Positions 26,146 to 34,869 of a stretch of 55,514 bases of DNA are shown piece by piece. The DNA is from a virus (lineage: Duplodnaviria > Caudoviricetes). The stretch is taken from the IMG/VR virus record IMGVR_UViG_3300046724_000534, positions 1 through 55,514 of that record; one strand, given 5' to 3'. The translations under genes were made by a program, and so were the position numbers. Position 1 is the first letter of the stretch, and each line of letters begins with the position of its first letter. The notes below the pieces were generated by a model. It was not told the origin of the DNA. It did no database searches and worked only from the letters and a program-made list of their open reading frames with translations.

Positions 26146-26619
26146 ATGTCAAAACTTTCACACACTCCCGAATACCAACGAGAATGGCGCAAAAAACATG
26201 CCGATAAAATTGCTGCGTATGCCGAGAGAAGGAAACGATTGCATCGCGCGCGAGACCTTGAAAAAAGGCGTGCTAGATATCGTAAGAATCCCGCACATTT
26301 TAGAGAAGCGTTGCGAGAATTTCATCGTCTCCATCCCGAAAAGTACAGGGAGTATGAATCCAAGCGCAATGATGCAAATAAGCGCAACAAACTCTCTCAG
26401 GAGAGACATCCTGAACGCCGCAAGGCCCGCGATTCTCTCTACAAGGCAATACGCAAACGTAAAATCATTAGGCCCGATAAGTGTTCGAAGTGTAGTGTCA
26501 AGTGCATACCCCATGGCCATCATTACCGAGGATACGAGCATCGTCTTGATGTCCGGTGGCTCTGCCGAAAATGTCACATGCTTGAGCATAGAAAAATTAC
26601 TTCTTCCACCTTGGCATGA
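26146..26619 (+). mobile_element. HNH endonuclease gene, antisense insertion in the head module
   Basis: RPDKCSKC...HGHHYRGYE..LDVRWLCRKCH..EH; basic N-terminus. Confidence 0.8.
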
Positions 26620-26794
26620 AGCCGACCTTATCCTCTGGCAACCTGTCATAGAGCATTTCGCCATATGTTGCTTCTCCGGCCATGATCTCCTCGGTCAGAG
26701 GCCCTTCGTTGGTCGATTCTTCCATCAGGCGCGTATTGCGGTTGATCTGCTCTACGTCAATCCGGTCATCCCTGCCATTATTGTCCTTTGCCAT
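26597..26794 (-). CDS. Small hypothetical protein
   Basis: GAGAGG SD before ATG 26794 (MAKDNNG...). Confidence 0.6.
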   Translation of the reverse strand: MAKDNNGRDDRIDVEQINRNTRLMEESTNEGPLTEEIMAGEATYGEMLYDRLPEDKVGFMPRWKK

Positions 26795-26876
26795 AATTCC
26801 TCTCGAAAGCAGAAGCGGAAGGACTGAGGGGTGCCTCCCGCTCCGCGCCATATTTCTTAGTGCCTACTGCGCAATG

Positions 26877-26915
26877 CTACTTGCGTTTTGCGTGACGACC
26901 TCGGCGTTTTGCCAT
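26877..26915 (-). CDS. 12-aa protamine-like peptide MAKRRGRHAKRK (not in ORF track)
   Basis: Strong GAAAGGAG SD 7 nt upstream; flanked by hairpins. Confidence 0.5.
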   Translation of the reverse strand: MAKRRGRHAKRK

Positions 26916-26981
26916 GTGGTTGTCTCCTTTCTGGTTGAGCACCCTGCTTTTTCAGGGGAGACCCTCAACCTAAGCAAACTC

Positions 26982-27062
26982 TTAGTAGCGGCCGGCCTTG
27001 CGTGCGCCGGGGTTTCGTCCCGCCATCTTGGTGTTCATCGAACCGCGTTTTCTGCGCGCCAT
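26982..27062 (-). CDS. 26-aa basic peptide MARRKRGSMNTKMAGRNPGARKAGRY (not in ORF track)
   Basis: AAGGGGAG SD; follows the 27073 gene. Confidence 0.55.
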   Translation of the reverse strand: MARRKRGSMNTKMAGRNPGARKAGRY

Positions 27063-27072
27063 AATTCTCCCC

Positions 27073-27309
27073 TTAGTTCGTGAGCGCCCGATTAGCCGGG
27101 CCGTTTTCCAAAAGTGCCGCTTCCGCTTCCGACTTCAATCCTTCGAACCAGGCATCTTCTCCGAGTTCCACGCGAGCCTTCTTAGTTGACCAAAAAGGCG
27201 GAGAAACTTTGCCGTCCACGGCAAACTGAACGAGGTAGATCGGCGTTGAATAATCTGGGTGCGTGTGTTCGGAGAGATGAATGAGTTCGTAACGGGCCAC
27301 GCGGGACAC
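27073..27309 (-). CDS. Hypothetical protein
   Basis: 78-aa ORF in head operon; start uncertain. Confidence 0.55.
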   Translation of the reverse strand: MSRVARYELIHLSEHTHPDYSTPIYLVQFAVDGKVSPPFWSTKKARVELGEDAWFEGLKSEAEAALLENGPANRALTN

Positions 27310-27361
27310 AGTGAGGCCGTCTAAAAATAGTCACAAGGGGTGACTTGGTGGATTTTGTGTA

Positions 27362-27535
27362 TTAGTCGATGCGAGTGGGGAGAAGAATGCGCCAGCGTCC
27401 GTTCGGATCACGCATCACGCGGCAGCCGACACGAACGAGTATTCCTGCTTGGCACCAGTTGCGGATCGTCTGCGTCGTGGTCTGATAATAGCGGGCCGCA
27501 TCACCGACCCTGACCCATTGTGTGCTTGTACTCAT
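27362..27535 (-). CDS. MerR/excisionase-like winged-HTH DNA-binding protein
   Basis: WVRVGDAARYYQTTTQTIRNWCQAG...RDPNGRWRI; ATGA-coupled to the portal stop. Confidence 0.75.
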   Translation of the reverse strand: MSTSTQWVRVGDAARYYQTTTQTIRNWCQAGILVRVGCRVMRDPNGRWRILLPTRID

Positions 27536-29265
27536 CGTGGTTTTCTGAGTTTCGAAATGGCCGCGAGTTCTTGCGCCTGCTGCGATTGCGCCGCAAGTTC
27601 GTCCGCGTTCGGCAAGCCCAAAGTCTCGAAAATAAACTTCGGCGGCAGAGCGCCTGTCTTCGAGAGCGCCATGACCAAGTTCTTCATCATCGACGATGAC
27701 ACGGCTTTCAGGTCCGCTTCGTCCATCTCGATGTCGGCCTCCGCGCCATCCGGTAGCGGCAGCCACTTACTCGATTGCTGTTTGCCGCGCGCCGGGCGCA
27801 ACGTATCTTCCTGCCGCTTGAATCGAGCCATGGTGTAGAAAACCATACGGGAAAGACGCTGATACTGTTCGGCGAGGAGCCGCGCCTTCATGCGTACGAA
27901 GGTTTGACCCTGAAACACGGCTGCGTCGAACAGTTCGGGAGACACGTTCCCCCCGCCGGCCTGCCCCTGCCGTTCGGGTGTGGTGCCGGAATAGCGTGCT
28001 ACCTTGGAAAGCAACAGTTCCGGTATCTGCGTCATGTGCTGCGGCATTTGCGGCGGCGAACTCATGGTCGGAGGTTTGTCGCCGTCGTACACTTGCACTT
28101 CTCCTGGCAACCCGCCGTAAGCGTCAATGTCTATGCCTGAATCCCGCGGAATCCAGCACTGCACGTTGTTGGTGCGAATCATGTTTTCGATGAGTTGGGT
28201 GTACATGCGCTCGGCGATGTCTTGCGGACTTTTGACATAACGCATTGGAGCAGGACCGTACATAGAATTGAGATGCGGCATTGACCAGATTCCAACGAAT
28301 GGGAAAGTTCCGAAATCATCTTCTGGCAGTCGCGGTATAAAATTGGGTCCATCGGCGAGGATAATACCGTTGCATTCCACAATGAAACGACCATTAGGGA
28401 ATTTCCACTTGTGCTTTGGCTGGACAACCAGTTCAAACCCTTCGCCCGCCTTAACCCCAGCAATTTCTTCCACCCGCTCTTTCGCATAGTCTTTCACCCA
28501 TAGGTAGCGGACCCGGACGCGCGGGCCGTTTCTTTGATGCTCGAAGCCTTCCGGGGCGTCCACTCGCAAGGGACCCGGCGGCAACTCCATGGACAGGTCA
28601 AAACGTGACCCTTCCATTTCATTATCTTCGTAATCGTCATACCCTCCGCCAATCTTCACGTACTTGCCGCGATCGGGATACATGCGGCGAATCTCGTCCA
28701 CGTAAAAATGCCGCTCTTTAATCAGGAAAGCCATGCTGCGGTCATCGACGGCGTGCGGATCGGGAAACACCGTGCTCGGATCATCGGCGGCAATCCAAAC
28801 CATGCCCTTGCCGTTGCGCGCGTCGGGCGCGTAGCCCAACTGAATCCAGGCCGGATTGACGAATTGCGACCAGAACACGGCGTCGAAGATCCGGTTATTG
28901 AACATCCCTAGGCGCCACGCCGCATTGAACGCCTTTTCGCGCTCCACGTCGGCCTTGCCATCAACGCTTATATAGACTTTAGGGGTATCGTTTGTTAGGT
29001 CGGTCGCTTCGCAGCACATCAGGAATTGCGCTTCGGGGAGAATCACTTTGGGCCGGAAGGATGGCGAAGCGGTGGTCGGATAATTGTTCAGGTTGTAGAG
29101 CTGCACCATTTCCTGCGCGTGGTCGGAGCCCTGCTTCTGGTCGCGCTCCCGGCGGCTCATCTGCTGCAACTGGTCGATCTGGCGGGAAATCTTTCGTTCT
29201 TCGTTGGAAGGTCCGTAACTCTTTTTCTCGGTGCCCATGAGCACAGGAACGTAGCTGATGCTCAT
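27532..29265 (-). CDS. Portal protein
   Basis: 577 aa downstream of terminase; DPSTVFPDP.A, FPFV, YG.....VKSPQD..ER, SG..PERQG motifs typical of P22-like portals. Confidence 0.85.
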   Translation of the reverse strand: MSISYVPVLMGTEKKSYGPSNEERKISRQIDQLQQMSRRERDQKQGSDHAQEMVQLYNLNNYPTTASPSFRPKVILPEAQFLMCCEATDLTNDTPKVYISVDGKADVEREKAFNAAWRLGMFNNRIFDAVFWSQFVNPAWIQLGYAPDARNGKGMVWIAADDPSTVFPDPHAVDDRSMAFLIKERHFYVDEIRRMYPDRGKYVKIGGGYDDYEDNEMEGSRFDLSMELPPGPLRVDAPEGFEHQRNGPRVRVRYLWVKDYAKERVEEIAGVKAGEGFELVVQPKHKWKFPNGRFIVECNGIILADGPNFIPRLPEDDFGTFPFVGIWSMPHLNSMYGPAPMRYVKSPQDIAERMYTQLIENMIRTNNVQCWIPRDSGIDIDAYGGLPGEVQVYDGDKPPTMSSPPQMPQHMTQIPELLLSKVARYSGTTPERQGQAGGGNVSPELFDAAVFQGQTFVRMKARLLAEQYQRLSRMVFYTMARFKRQEDTLRPARGKQQSSKWLPLPDGAEADIEMDEADLKAVSSSMMKNLVMALSKTGALPPKFIFETLGLPNADELAAQSQQAQELAAISKLRKPR

Positions 29266-29528
29266 GTCTTTTCGACCTCGTAGATACGGCAGATGTCATC
29301 CATCTCTTGATACGAGTTTGGTAAAACAGCATGAATCCGAGTGCCTTCAGGAAGTGCCGGAATCGGATCGTCCTGACCTTGGCAGAAAGAGTCTACCTCG
29401 ACCATATGCGCATTTATAAAAACAACATATCTTTTGTCGGGCTTCGTTTCGTAGGCCACGCCGACTTGTTTCCCGGCAAGCATCACAGGAATTGCGGTCA
29501 GCGCTTGCAGGAGTTTTCGGCGCTCCAT
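29262..29528 (-). CDS. Hypothetical protein
   Basis: Coupled to both neighbours; starts MERRKLLQAL. Confidence 0.55.
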   Translation of the reverse strand: MERRKLLQALTAIPVMLAGKQVGVAYETKPDKRYVVFINAHMVEVDSFCQGQDDPIPALPEGTRIHAVLPNSYQEMDDICRIYEVEKT

Positions 29529-29686
29529 TATTTTCTCCCCTGTCGAAGTTCAAGCGGTGGCGACCAACGTGGTTCGTTCTTATAAATCACTGTTCCCTTA
29601 CAGGAGCAAAGATACTGCTGCACCGTCGGCAGGTTAATGGCTGTGTTCGGTTGCATCTCCCGGTTGCAGTGCGGGCATTTCGGCAT
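29528..29686 (-). CDS. 52-aa zinc-ribbon protein (not in ORF track)
   Basis: MPKCPHCNREM...YLCSCKG; TAATG coupling at both ends. Confidence 0.55.
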   Translation of the reverse strand: MPKCPHCNREMQPNTAINLPTVQQYLCSCKGTVIYKNEPRWSPPLELRQGRK

Positions 29687-30027
29687 TATTGAATCTTCCT
29701 TGGCGCTTCGAGGGGAATGCGGCTGAGTTCCTGTTCGCCGCGCAGCCAGGCGCTCATGGTGTCCACGGGATTGCCGGATTCCTCGGGACGTTCCACCGAC
29801 TTCATCTGTTCCTTAACCTTGAACACCATTTCCATGTGGTCCTTCATATTCGTATACACAGGAACGAGTTCGCCGGCATTCTTGCACAAGGCGCGGCGCA
29901 GGTTGCGGCAGGCTTCGGTCCAGTTCGTCTCGCAGTCCTTGTCGAATTTCGCCCACATCTTATCGTAGGCGCGACGGGCGCGAGATGCTGCGCCTTCTTC
30001 TTCCCGAATTGAATCGTCTTCGGCCAT
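29686..30027 (-). CDS. Hypothetical protein (weak small-terminase candidate)
   Basis: Helical 113-aa ORF between terminase and portal. Confidence 0.5.
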   Translation of the reverse strand: MAEDDSIREEEGAASRARRAYDKMWAKFDKDCETNWTEACRNLRRALCKNAGELVPVYTNMKDHMEMVFKVKEQMKSVERPEESGNPVDTMSAWLRGEQELSRIPLEAPRKIQ

Positions 30028-30242
30028 TACATTTTGATTCGAGAGATGACTTTCTGTGTGCGTTGTTCTTCCTGATTGATCTCCCGAAGTTTATGCGCCA
30101 GAAGAATCTTTTCCTGATTCTCGAGGGCGCGCTTGGCGCGGTCCAGTATCGACATGGCAAAATCGAGCGGCACGGTCGGCGCGTCGATGTCGAGTTCCAT
30201 GGTGTCGTGATGAAAGGTCAGGATGATCGTTGCGTCTTCCAC
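30027..30242 (-). CDS. Hypothetical protein
   Basis: Coupled ORF, GGAG SD. Confidence 0.55.
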   Translation of the reverse strand: MEDATIILTFHHDTMELDIDAPTVPLDFAMSILDRAKRALENQEKILLAHKLREINQEEQRTQKVISRIKM

Positions 30243-30668
30243 TTAGGCTCCCGTTTGGCGTGCAGCGGCATCGAGTTCTTCACGAATCTTACGCGCTAAC
30301 CTGATTTTGTCCACTTTTTTCTCCAAGTTAGCGGCTTTCTCGTCATCGAGAGACGTTCCGCGAGGACGCATGGGAAGGTTCAACGGCAATTCTTCTTGCC
30401 GTCGGATCGGGTCTGCGGCGATCACTTCCTTGGTCGGCTGCTTCTCGGGAATCGCTCGGAACACTTCGCCAAAACTGCCGAGATGCGTGCGTAGAACAAG
30501 TTCCTGCGACTTCGAATCCCAATCCTTGAGCAGCGTTACCGGCTGGTCGATCACGTCGATCTGGTCGCCCTTGATGCGGATTTCTCCGCCGTTTTGCCGG
30601 CACAGCGCCGCGATGATCTTAACGAGGTAGCTTTCGAGGCTCGCTTCGCCTCGTGTGTACGCTGGCAT
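30243..30668 (-). CDS. Hypothetical protein
   Basis: AAGGAG SD, 141 aa. Confidence 0.6.
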   Translation of the reverse strand: MPAYTRGEASLESYLVKIIAALCRQNGGEIRIKGDQIDVIDQPVTLLKDWDSKSQELVLRTHLGSFGEVFRAIPEKQPTKEVIAADPIRRQEELPLNLPMRPRGTSLDDEKAANLEKKVDKIRLARKIREELDAAARQTGA

Positions 30669-30752
30669 TTTTTTCCGCTCCCTTGTTTTGCTGTTCCTTA
30701 AGTTTTTGAATGAGCAAGTCGAGTTGCAAAATGTACCAAGGATTTGGTGGCA

Positions 30753-32552
30753 TCATATACCCTGCAATCTGTCGATCTTGCGCTTGCCGGTCCCGCGCAT
30801 GAACGTCGCTTCCCGGCGGCTGAGTCCCGCGCGGGCCATCTCACTCCACATTTCTTTTCGCAAAAATCCGGTCATTTCCTCTTTGATCGGCAATCCTTCG
30901 AGCATCTGTCTCGGATTCTCCGGGTCCATCGTGTTGCGGGGTGCGAACTTCATTCGCGCCGGGGGATATTGTTCCCTTGTTAAGGCCGCGATCATCCACG
31001 CCACCGCAATGTCGTCGTGCCCGCGCATCACTTCCCAGCGCCATTCCTTGATGGTCATGAGCGACAACTGGCTCATCAGCGCTCGATCGTTGATGACGAG
31101 TGCGCCAGGTTCTTTTTTGAGTCCCATGCGGATACCGCTTCTTGCGGCATCGACAATCAATCGGCGCGTAGCCTGGTTCATTTCAAAGCCGAGTGCAATG
31201 CTCTTGCTTTTCCCGCGCTTGCGGTCGTCGCGTCCCTTCCACTGGTAAATCCGTGGATACTTGTATTCGTCGCGCAGCTTCACGAGCGCCCAGCGACCCA
31301 GGTTTCCGGTCAGTTCGATGTTAACCATGGCCATGTTGAAAAAGCGCCCGCACATATCCAGTTGATCGGCCAGCACTTCCGGCGCAATGCGTTCCGCGAA
31401 CCGGCAGGCCAACTCCCCGGTTTCGCCGCAAATGCACACGTAAGAAGCGAAATCACCTTCCTCGGTGCCGAGCGCCGCGTCCGAGCCCACGAAGTAGTGC
31501 AGTCCGTCGGTCTGCTTTCGCTCATTCAGGGGAAACTTCCACAGGAAAACCGGGCCTTGATCGTCCCGAATAAACTTGTATCCCGGCATCGAGCCGATAC
31601 GCGCAAATTTCCCCCGACAAATGGGGTCTTTGATGGTCGATTCGGCGTAGGCCAATTCCTCACGCGGGAAGGCTGGGAAGCCCGACACCTGAAACGCTAC
31701 TTCCGGGCAATGCGGGTAGTCGGTCAGCCACTTCACTTCCTGATCGCGGCAGTCGTCGGCCTTGGTTCGGCGCATCCAGGCGATTTGCTCGCGCGTGGCG
31801 TTGAACGGCGGAAGCATCAGTTCTTTTTCAAGGTCATCTTTTGGGGCGTCGTCAGCTTCTTCCGATGGCCGGCGGCACTGCGGATCATTCAGCCATCCGA
31901 GGAAAATGGGAACGTATCCGTTCCGGCCGGCGACAGCATTCTCCCAATACTCCGAAAACGCTTCTCCTGGCCCTTCCCGCCCATTGGCCGTCGATTCGAT
32001 GACCACCACGCTGCCTTCGCCCTTGGACACTGAGGAGATCATGGCGGTAAAGGATTCGTCCGAGGGATAGAACGCGGCTTCCGAAAGATGTAGTGCCGAG
32101 AGAGTTCCACCACGGCCGGCGGACGGAGTTCCGGCGGTGGCCATGGTCATTTGACTATCGCCTTCGGGATGCGCGAAGCGCAGGCGTTTCTGCTGGATGT
32201 CTTCGTTCTGGAATCCGGGGAAAGCGCGCGAAAGGTCGGTCGGAACGCGAAACAATTCTTCCGCCGATCCTGCAAGGTGAGCCACGACTTTTGTATTCAT
32301 ATGCGGAAAGGCCATGGCAAAACACCAAAACAGGGCATCGGTTTGCGCGGAAACTCCCACGCGGCGGCTTTTGAGGTCGATCACGCGGATTTTACGTTCG
32401 CGCTTCCATTGGTCGCAGATCATGCGCCAGCGTAATTCCTGGTTGGGATTGAACTGAAACGGGGCCATGCGCTGCGTTGAAATGTGACGAATCGGAAGAC
32501 GGGTCAACAGTTGACGGGAACGATCGAGCCACAGTGAGTCAGGCAGCGCCAA
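30753..32552 (-). CDS. terL: Terminase large subunit
   Basis: FNPNQ (Q motif), DLKSRRVGVS (Walker A variant), LHLSEAAF (Walker B), IESTANG, VGSDAALG..GDF (nuclease Asp), GHDDIAVAWMIA. Confidence 0.95.
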   Translation of the reverse strand: MALPDSLWLDRSRQLLTRLPIRHISTQRMAPFQFNPNQELRWRMICDQWKRERKIRVIDLKSRRVGVSAQTDALFWCFAMAFPHMNTKVVAHLAGSAEELFRVPTDLSRAFPGFQNEDIQQKRLRFAHPEGDSQMTMATAGTPSAGRGGTLSALHLSEAAFYPSDESFTAMISSVSKGEGSVVVIESTANGREGPGEAFSEYWENAVAGRNGYVPIFLGWLNDPQCRRPSEEADDAPKDDLEKELMLPPFNATREQIAWMRRTKADDCRDQEVKWLTDYPHCPEVAFQVSGFPAFPREELAYAESTIKDPICRGKFARIGSMPGYKFIRDDQGPVFLWKFPLNERKQTDGLHYFVGSDAALGTEEGDFASYVCICGETGELACRFAERIAPEVLADQLDMCGRFFNMAMVNIELTGNLGRWALVKLRDEYKYPRIYQWKGRDDRKRGKSKSIALGFEMNQATRRLIVDAARSGIRMGLKKEPGALVINDRALMSQLSLMTIKEWRWEVMRGHDDIAVAWMIAALTREQYPPARMKFAPRNTMDPENPRQMLEGLPIKEEMTGFLRKEMWSEMARAGLSRREATFMRGTGKRKIDRLQGI

Positions 32553-32553
32553 A

Positions 32554-33081
32554 TTAACGCTCCTGTAATTCGCGTGCTTCGTCGAGGTGTTTCGCGGTGC
32601 GCATGTCGATGCGCAGTTTGTGGTAGTTCACGACACAGAGTTCGCCGCATAGATCGACGCGGGGAAACAGTCCGGTCTTGGGGTCTTGGTAACTCAGGTC
32701 GGTCATGCCGGGGCGTCCCGCGAAATGCTTGTGGCACATGAAGCAGGTATAGCCATCGTGTTCGGCGGTGTGCCGGGAATTGAGGATTTTACCGGCCTTC
32801 TCAAATTCGTTCTTCAGGATGGCGTAGAGCGATTCAGCTTGAGGCATGGACATGTTCTGCCAATCGACCGACACTTCAATGCTTTTTGAGTCTATTTTGA
32901 GCACTTGGTCGAGCGGCTGAACGGTTGGCGGTATTACATTGTGAGTCGGATTTTCTGCTGTAGCGAACGGCGCTTTAGCAAGGGCTTCTTGCAAGGCGGG
33001 ATCGGCTTTGGCGGCCCTTTTCTTGGCGAGCATGGCTTTCATGCGCTCGGAAGCGGCGGCGCGCTGTTCAGGCGACATCAT
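32554..33081 (-). CDS. Hypothetical protein with C-terminal Cys motif
   Basis: MSPEQRAAASERMK N-terminus; CFMC...CGELC. Confidence 0.6.
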   Translation of the reverse strand: MMSPEQRAAASERMKAMLAKKRAAKADPALQEALAKAPFATAENPTHNVIPPTVQPLDQVLKIDSKSIEVSVDWQNMSMPQAESLYAILKNEFEKAGKILNSRHTAEHDGYTCFMCHKHFAGRPGMTDLSYQDPKTGLFPRVDLCGELCVVNYHKLRIDMRTAKHLDEARELQER

Positions 33082-33343
33082 GTGGTTTTTTCTCCGTTCT
33101 CGTCGGCAACGAGTAGGCAGACCTTGAAGATTCGTATTTTACTTGTGCTTCGCGTGCGGCTTGGTGCTTCATAAACGCATCGAACTTGCCGCGCGCTTCT
33201 TCTTTTTCACGCGGGAAAATATTGATTCCCTTGCAGGTACGGCACTTGATGACGAAACACTCGTGGCGTTCCCCCTCAACGTATGTGTCGCTTCGAGGAC
33301 AGACGCCTTCCAAATGATTCGCGCATGGTGGAACTTGCGGCAT
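33068..33343 (-). CDS. Zn-binding hypothetical protein, first (leaderless) gene of the late arm
   Basis: ATG 33343 lies 8 nt after the -10 box; CANH...C...CRTC. Confidence 0.6.
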   Translation of the reverse strand: MPQVPPCANHLEGVCPRSDTYVEGERHECFVIKCRTCKGINIFPREKEEARGKFDAFMKHQAAREAQVKYESSRSAYSLPTRTEKKPHDVA

Positions 33344-33351
33344 TCGCAATG

Positions 33352-33396
33352 AACATACGCTTGGGCATTGCCAGTGTCAATCGTTTCATGTATTGT
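33352..33396. promoter_or_regulatory. Overlapping divergent sigma70 promoters
   Basis: Minus: TTGACA(33380-33375)-N17-TATGTT(33357-33352). Plus: TTGCCA(33368-33373)-N17-TATTGT(33391-33396). Confidence 0.7.
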
Positions 33397-33402
33397 TCGG
33401 CA

Positions 33403-33588
33403 ATGCCTAGAGGACTTGGAACTAAAGGAATCTGTCAACTTCACCATCGGCCCTTTCCCTGTTTAGGGTGCCGGGCGGCCAAAGGCGGGCGGGTGTCTTC
33501 GCCTAGAAAAACTGCTGCCAACCGATTAAAGGCAAAAGCCGCAGCGCAAGCCCGTTGGCATCCAGAGAAAAAAGCAGTCGCAAAATAG
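33403..33588 (+). CDS. Small basic protein, leaderless, possible DNA binder
   Basis: ATG 6 nt after -10; C..H...C..C and KGG...AKAAAQARW motif. Confidence 0.55.
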   Translation: MPRGLGTKGICQLHHRPFPCLGCRAAKGGRVSSPRKTAANRLKAKAAAQARWHPEKKAVAK

Positions 33589-33614
33589 GAGGGCGTATTC
33601 CCGGTTTTGGAGAG

Positions 33615-34004
33615 ATGTGCGTTAGCGGCCACCACGGCGATTGTCATGAATCGCAATGTAGGTGTTTATGCCATCAATCTGTTCAGGAAATGGTTCGCGG
33701 TGCGGCGCAGCGCCCGAAAGTTACTCCCACGCTTTCCTCCATGGTTTGCCCGCAGTGCTCGAAACCCCCTCGAATCGGTGATACCTTTTGTCGTGCCGAT
33801 GGCGCGCGCCTGCTGGCCGGGAAGCAATGTGCCTGCGGAAAAGCTGCGGAACCTGATGATTCTTTCTGCGGCGGCTGCGGTATGCAGTTTGGCGCGGCGG
33901 TTGTTCCGGTTCCGGAACTAAGCGAAGCCGAAATAAAAGCGCTCGAAGAAAAGGCCCGCACCCGCCCGTCCGACGTAGAGGTTGCGCCCGTGGAGGTCCG
34001 GTAA
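33615..34004 (+). CDS. Double zinc-ribbon (DZANK-like) protein
   Basis: CPQC...DTFCRADG..L...CACG...DDSFCGGCG. Confidence 0.75.
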   Translation: MCVSGHHGDCHESQCRCLCHQSVQEMVRGAAQRPKVTPTLSSMVCPQCSKPPRIGDTFCRADGARLLAGKQCACGKAAEPDDSFCGGCGMQFGAAVVPVPELSEAEIKALEEKARTRPSDVEVAPVEVR

Positions 34005-34261
34005 TGGCCACCGTCACGAAAAGCCTGTATGACCGGATGATTGCCGACCGTCCCCTGAAATTCGCCGAGGAAGAAGTGAATTACCGGGATTCGACCGAAG
34101 ATGCCCTTTGCGGCAAGTGCGTCCACTTTTTCACGCGCGAAGTAGACAAGCATCACACCTGTGAAATTTTCCGCCCGAAAGATGATGCTTCGATCGAACC
34201 GAACTATGTGTGCGATTTCTTTTCCGCCGACGGTGAGGAATTTCCGTTACTGGACGACTGA
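34004..34261 (+). CDS. HiPIP-like four-cysteine protein
   Basis: K...VNY...C-x2-C-x13-C-x16-C..F with I.P..VC. Confidence 0.55.
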   Translation: MATVTKSLYDRMIADRPLKFAEEEVNYRDSTEDALCGKCVHFFTREVDKHHTCEIFRPKDDASIEPNYVCDFFSADGEEFPLLDD

Positions 34262-34869
34262 TGCCAGTCTACAAGCAAAAGATCGTCTTCCGAACCAATG
34301 GCGTCAACAATCCCAATCAAACCGTTTTAGACCTTGTAGCCGGATCGAATATCACCCTGACCGTGATGCAGGAAGAAGTTATTATCTCGGCATCGGGCGG
34401 CGGTGGCGGCACGACTGCTACCTTTGTCGATGACGAGACGCCGACCGGAGTGATTGACAGCGCCAACACATCTTTCGCGGTGGCTACGGCACCCGATCCC
34501 CAGGATTCCCTCGAACTGTATCTGAATGGAGTGTTCCAAGACTACGGCGTGGATTACACCTTGGCCGCAACTGCCATCACCTACGCGAATCCTCCGCAAA
34601 CCGGAGATGTGCTCTTGGCCTATTACCGCCTAGCGACCGCAGGGCCAGCTGCGACCTTTGTCGATGATGAAACACCCATGGGCACCATCAACGGCATCAA
34701 CGATACTTTTATGCTGGTGAACGCTCCGAGTCCAGGTAATTCCCTCAAACTGTACTTAAATGGGCTTCTTCAGAATTACGGTGTGGATTACACTCTAGCC
34801 GGGTCCACCATCACGTTCGCAGCGCCGCCACAAACGGGAGACATCTTGCTTTGCAATTATAGGTTCTAA
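34261..34869 (+). CDS. Structural/fibre-anchor protein with tandem beta-sandwich duplication
   Basis: Two copies of TFVDDETP.G.I...N..F....P....SL.LYLNG..Q.YGVDYTL....IT...PPQTGD.LL..YR. Confidence 0.7.
   Translation: MPVYKQKIVFRTNGVNNPNQTVLDLVAGSNITLTVMQEEVIISASGGGGGTTATFVDDETPTGVIDSANTSFAVATAPDPQDSLELYLNGVFQDYGVDYTLAATAITYANPPQTGDVLLAYYRLATAGPAATFVDDETPMGTINGINDTFMLVNAPSPGNSLKLYLNGLLQNYGVDYTLAGSTITFAAPPQTGDILLCNYRF

Noticed and set aside
27362-27535. Excisionase indicating an integration module
   Set aside because: No integrase or att-like context; the gene is coupled to the portal.
29262-29528. Tat-exported protein (MERRKLL)
   Set aside because: The hydrophobic region is short and no clear cleavage site follows, so export is not supported.
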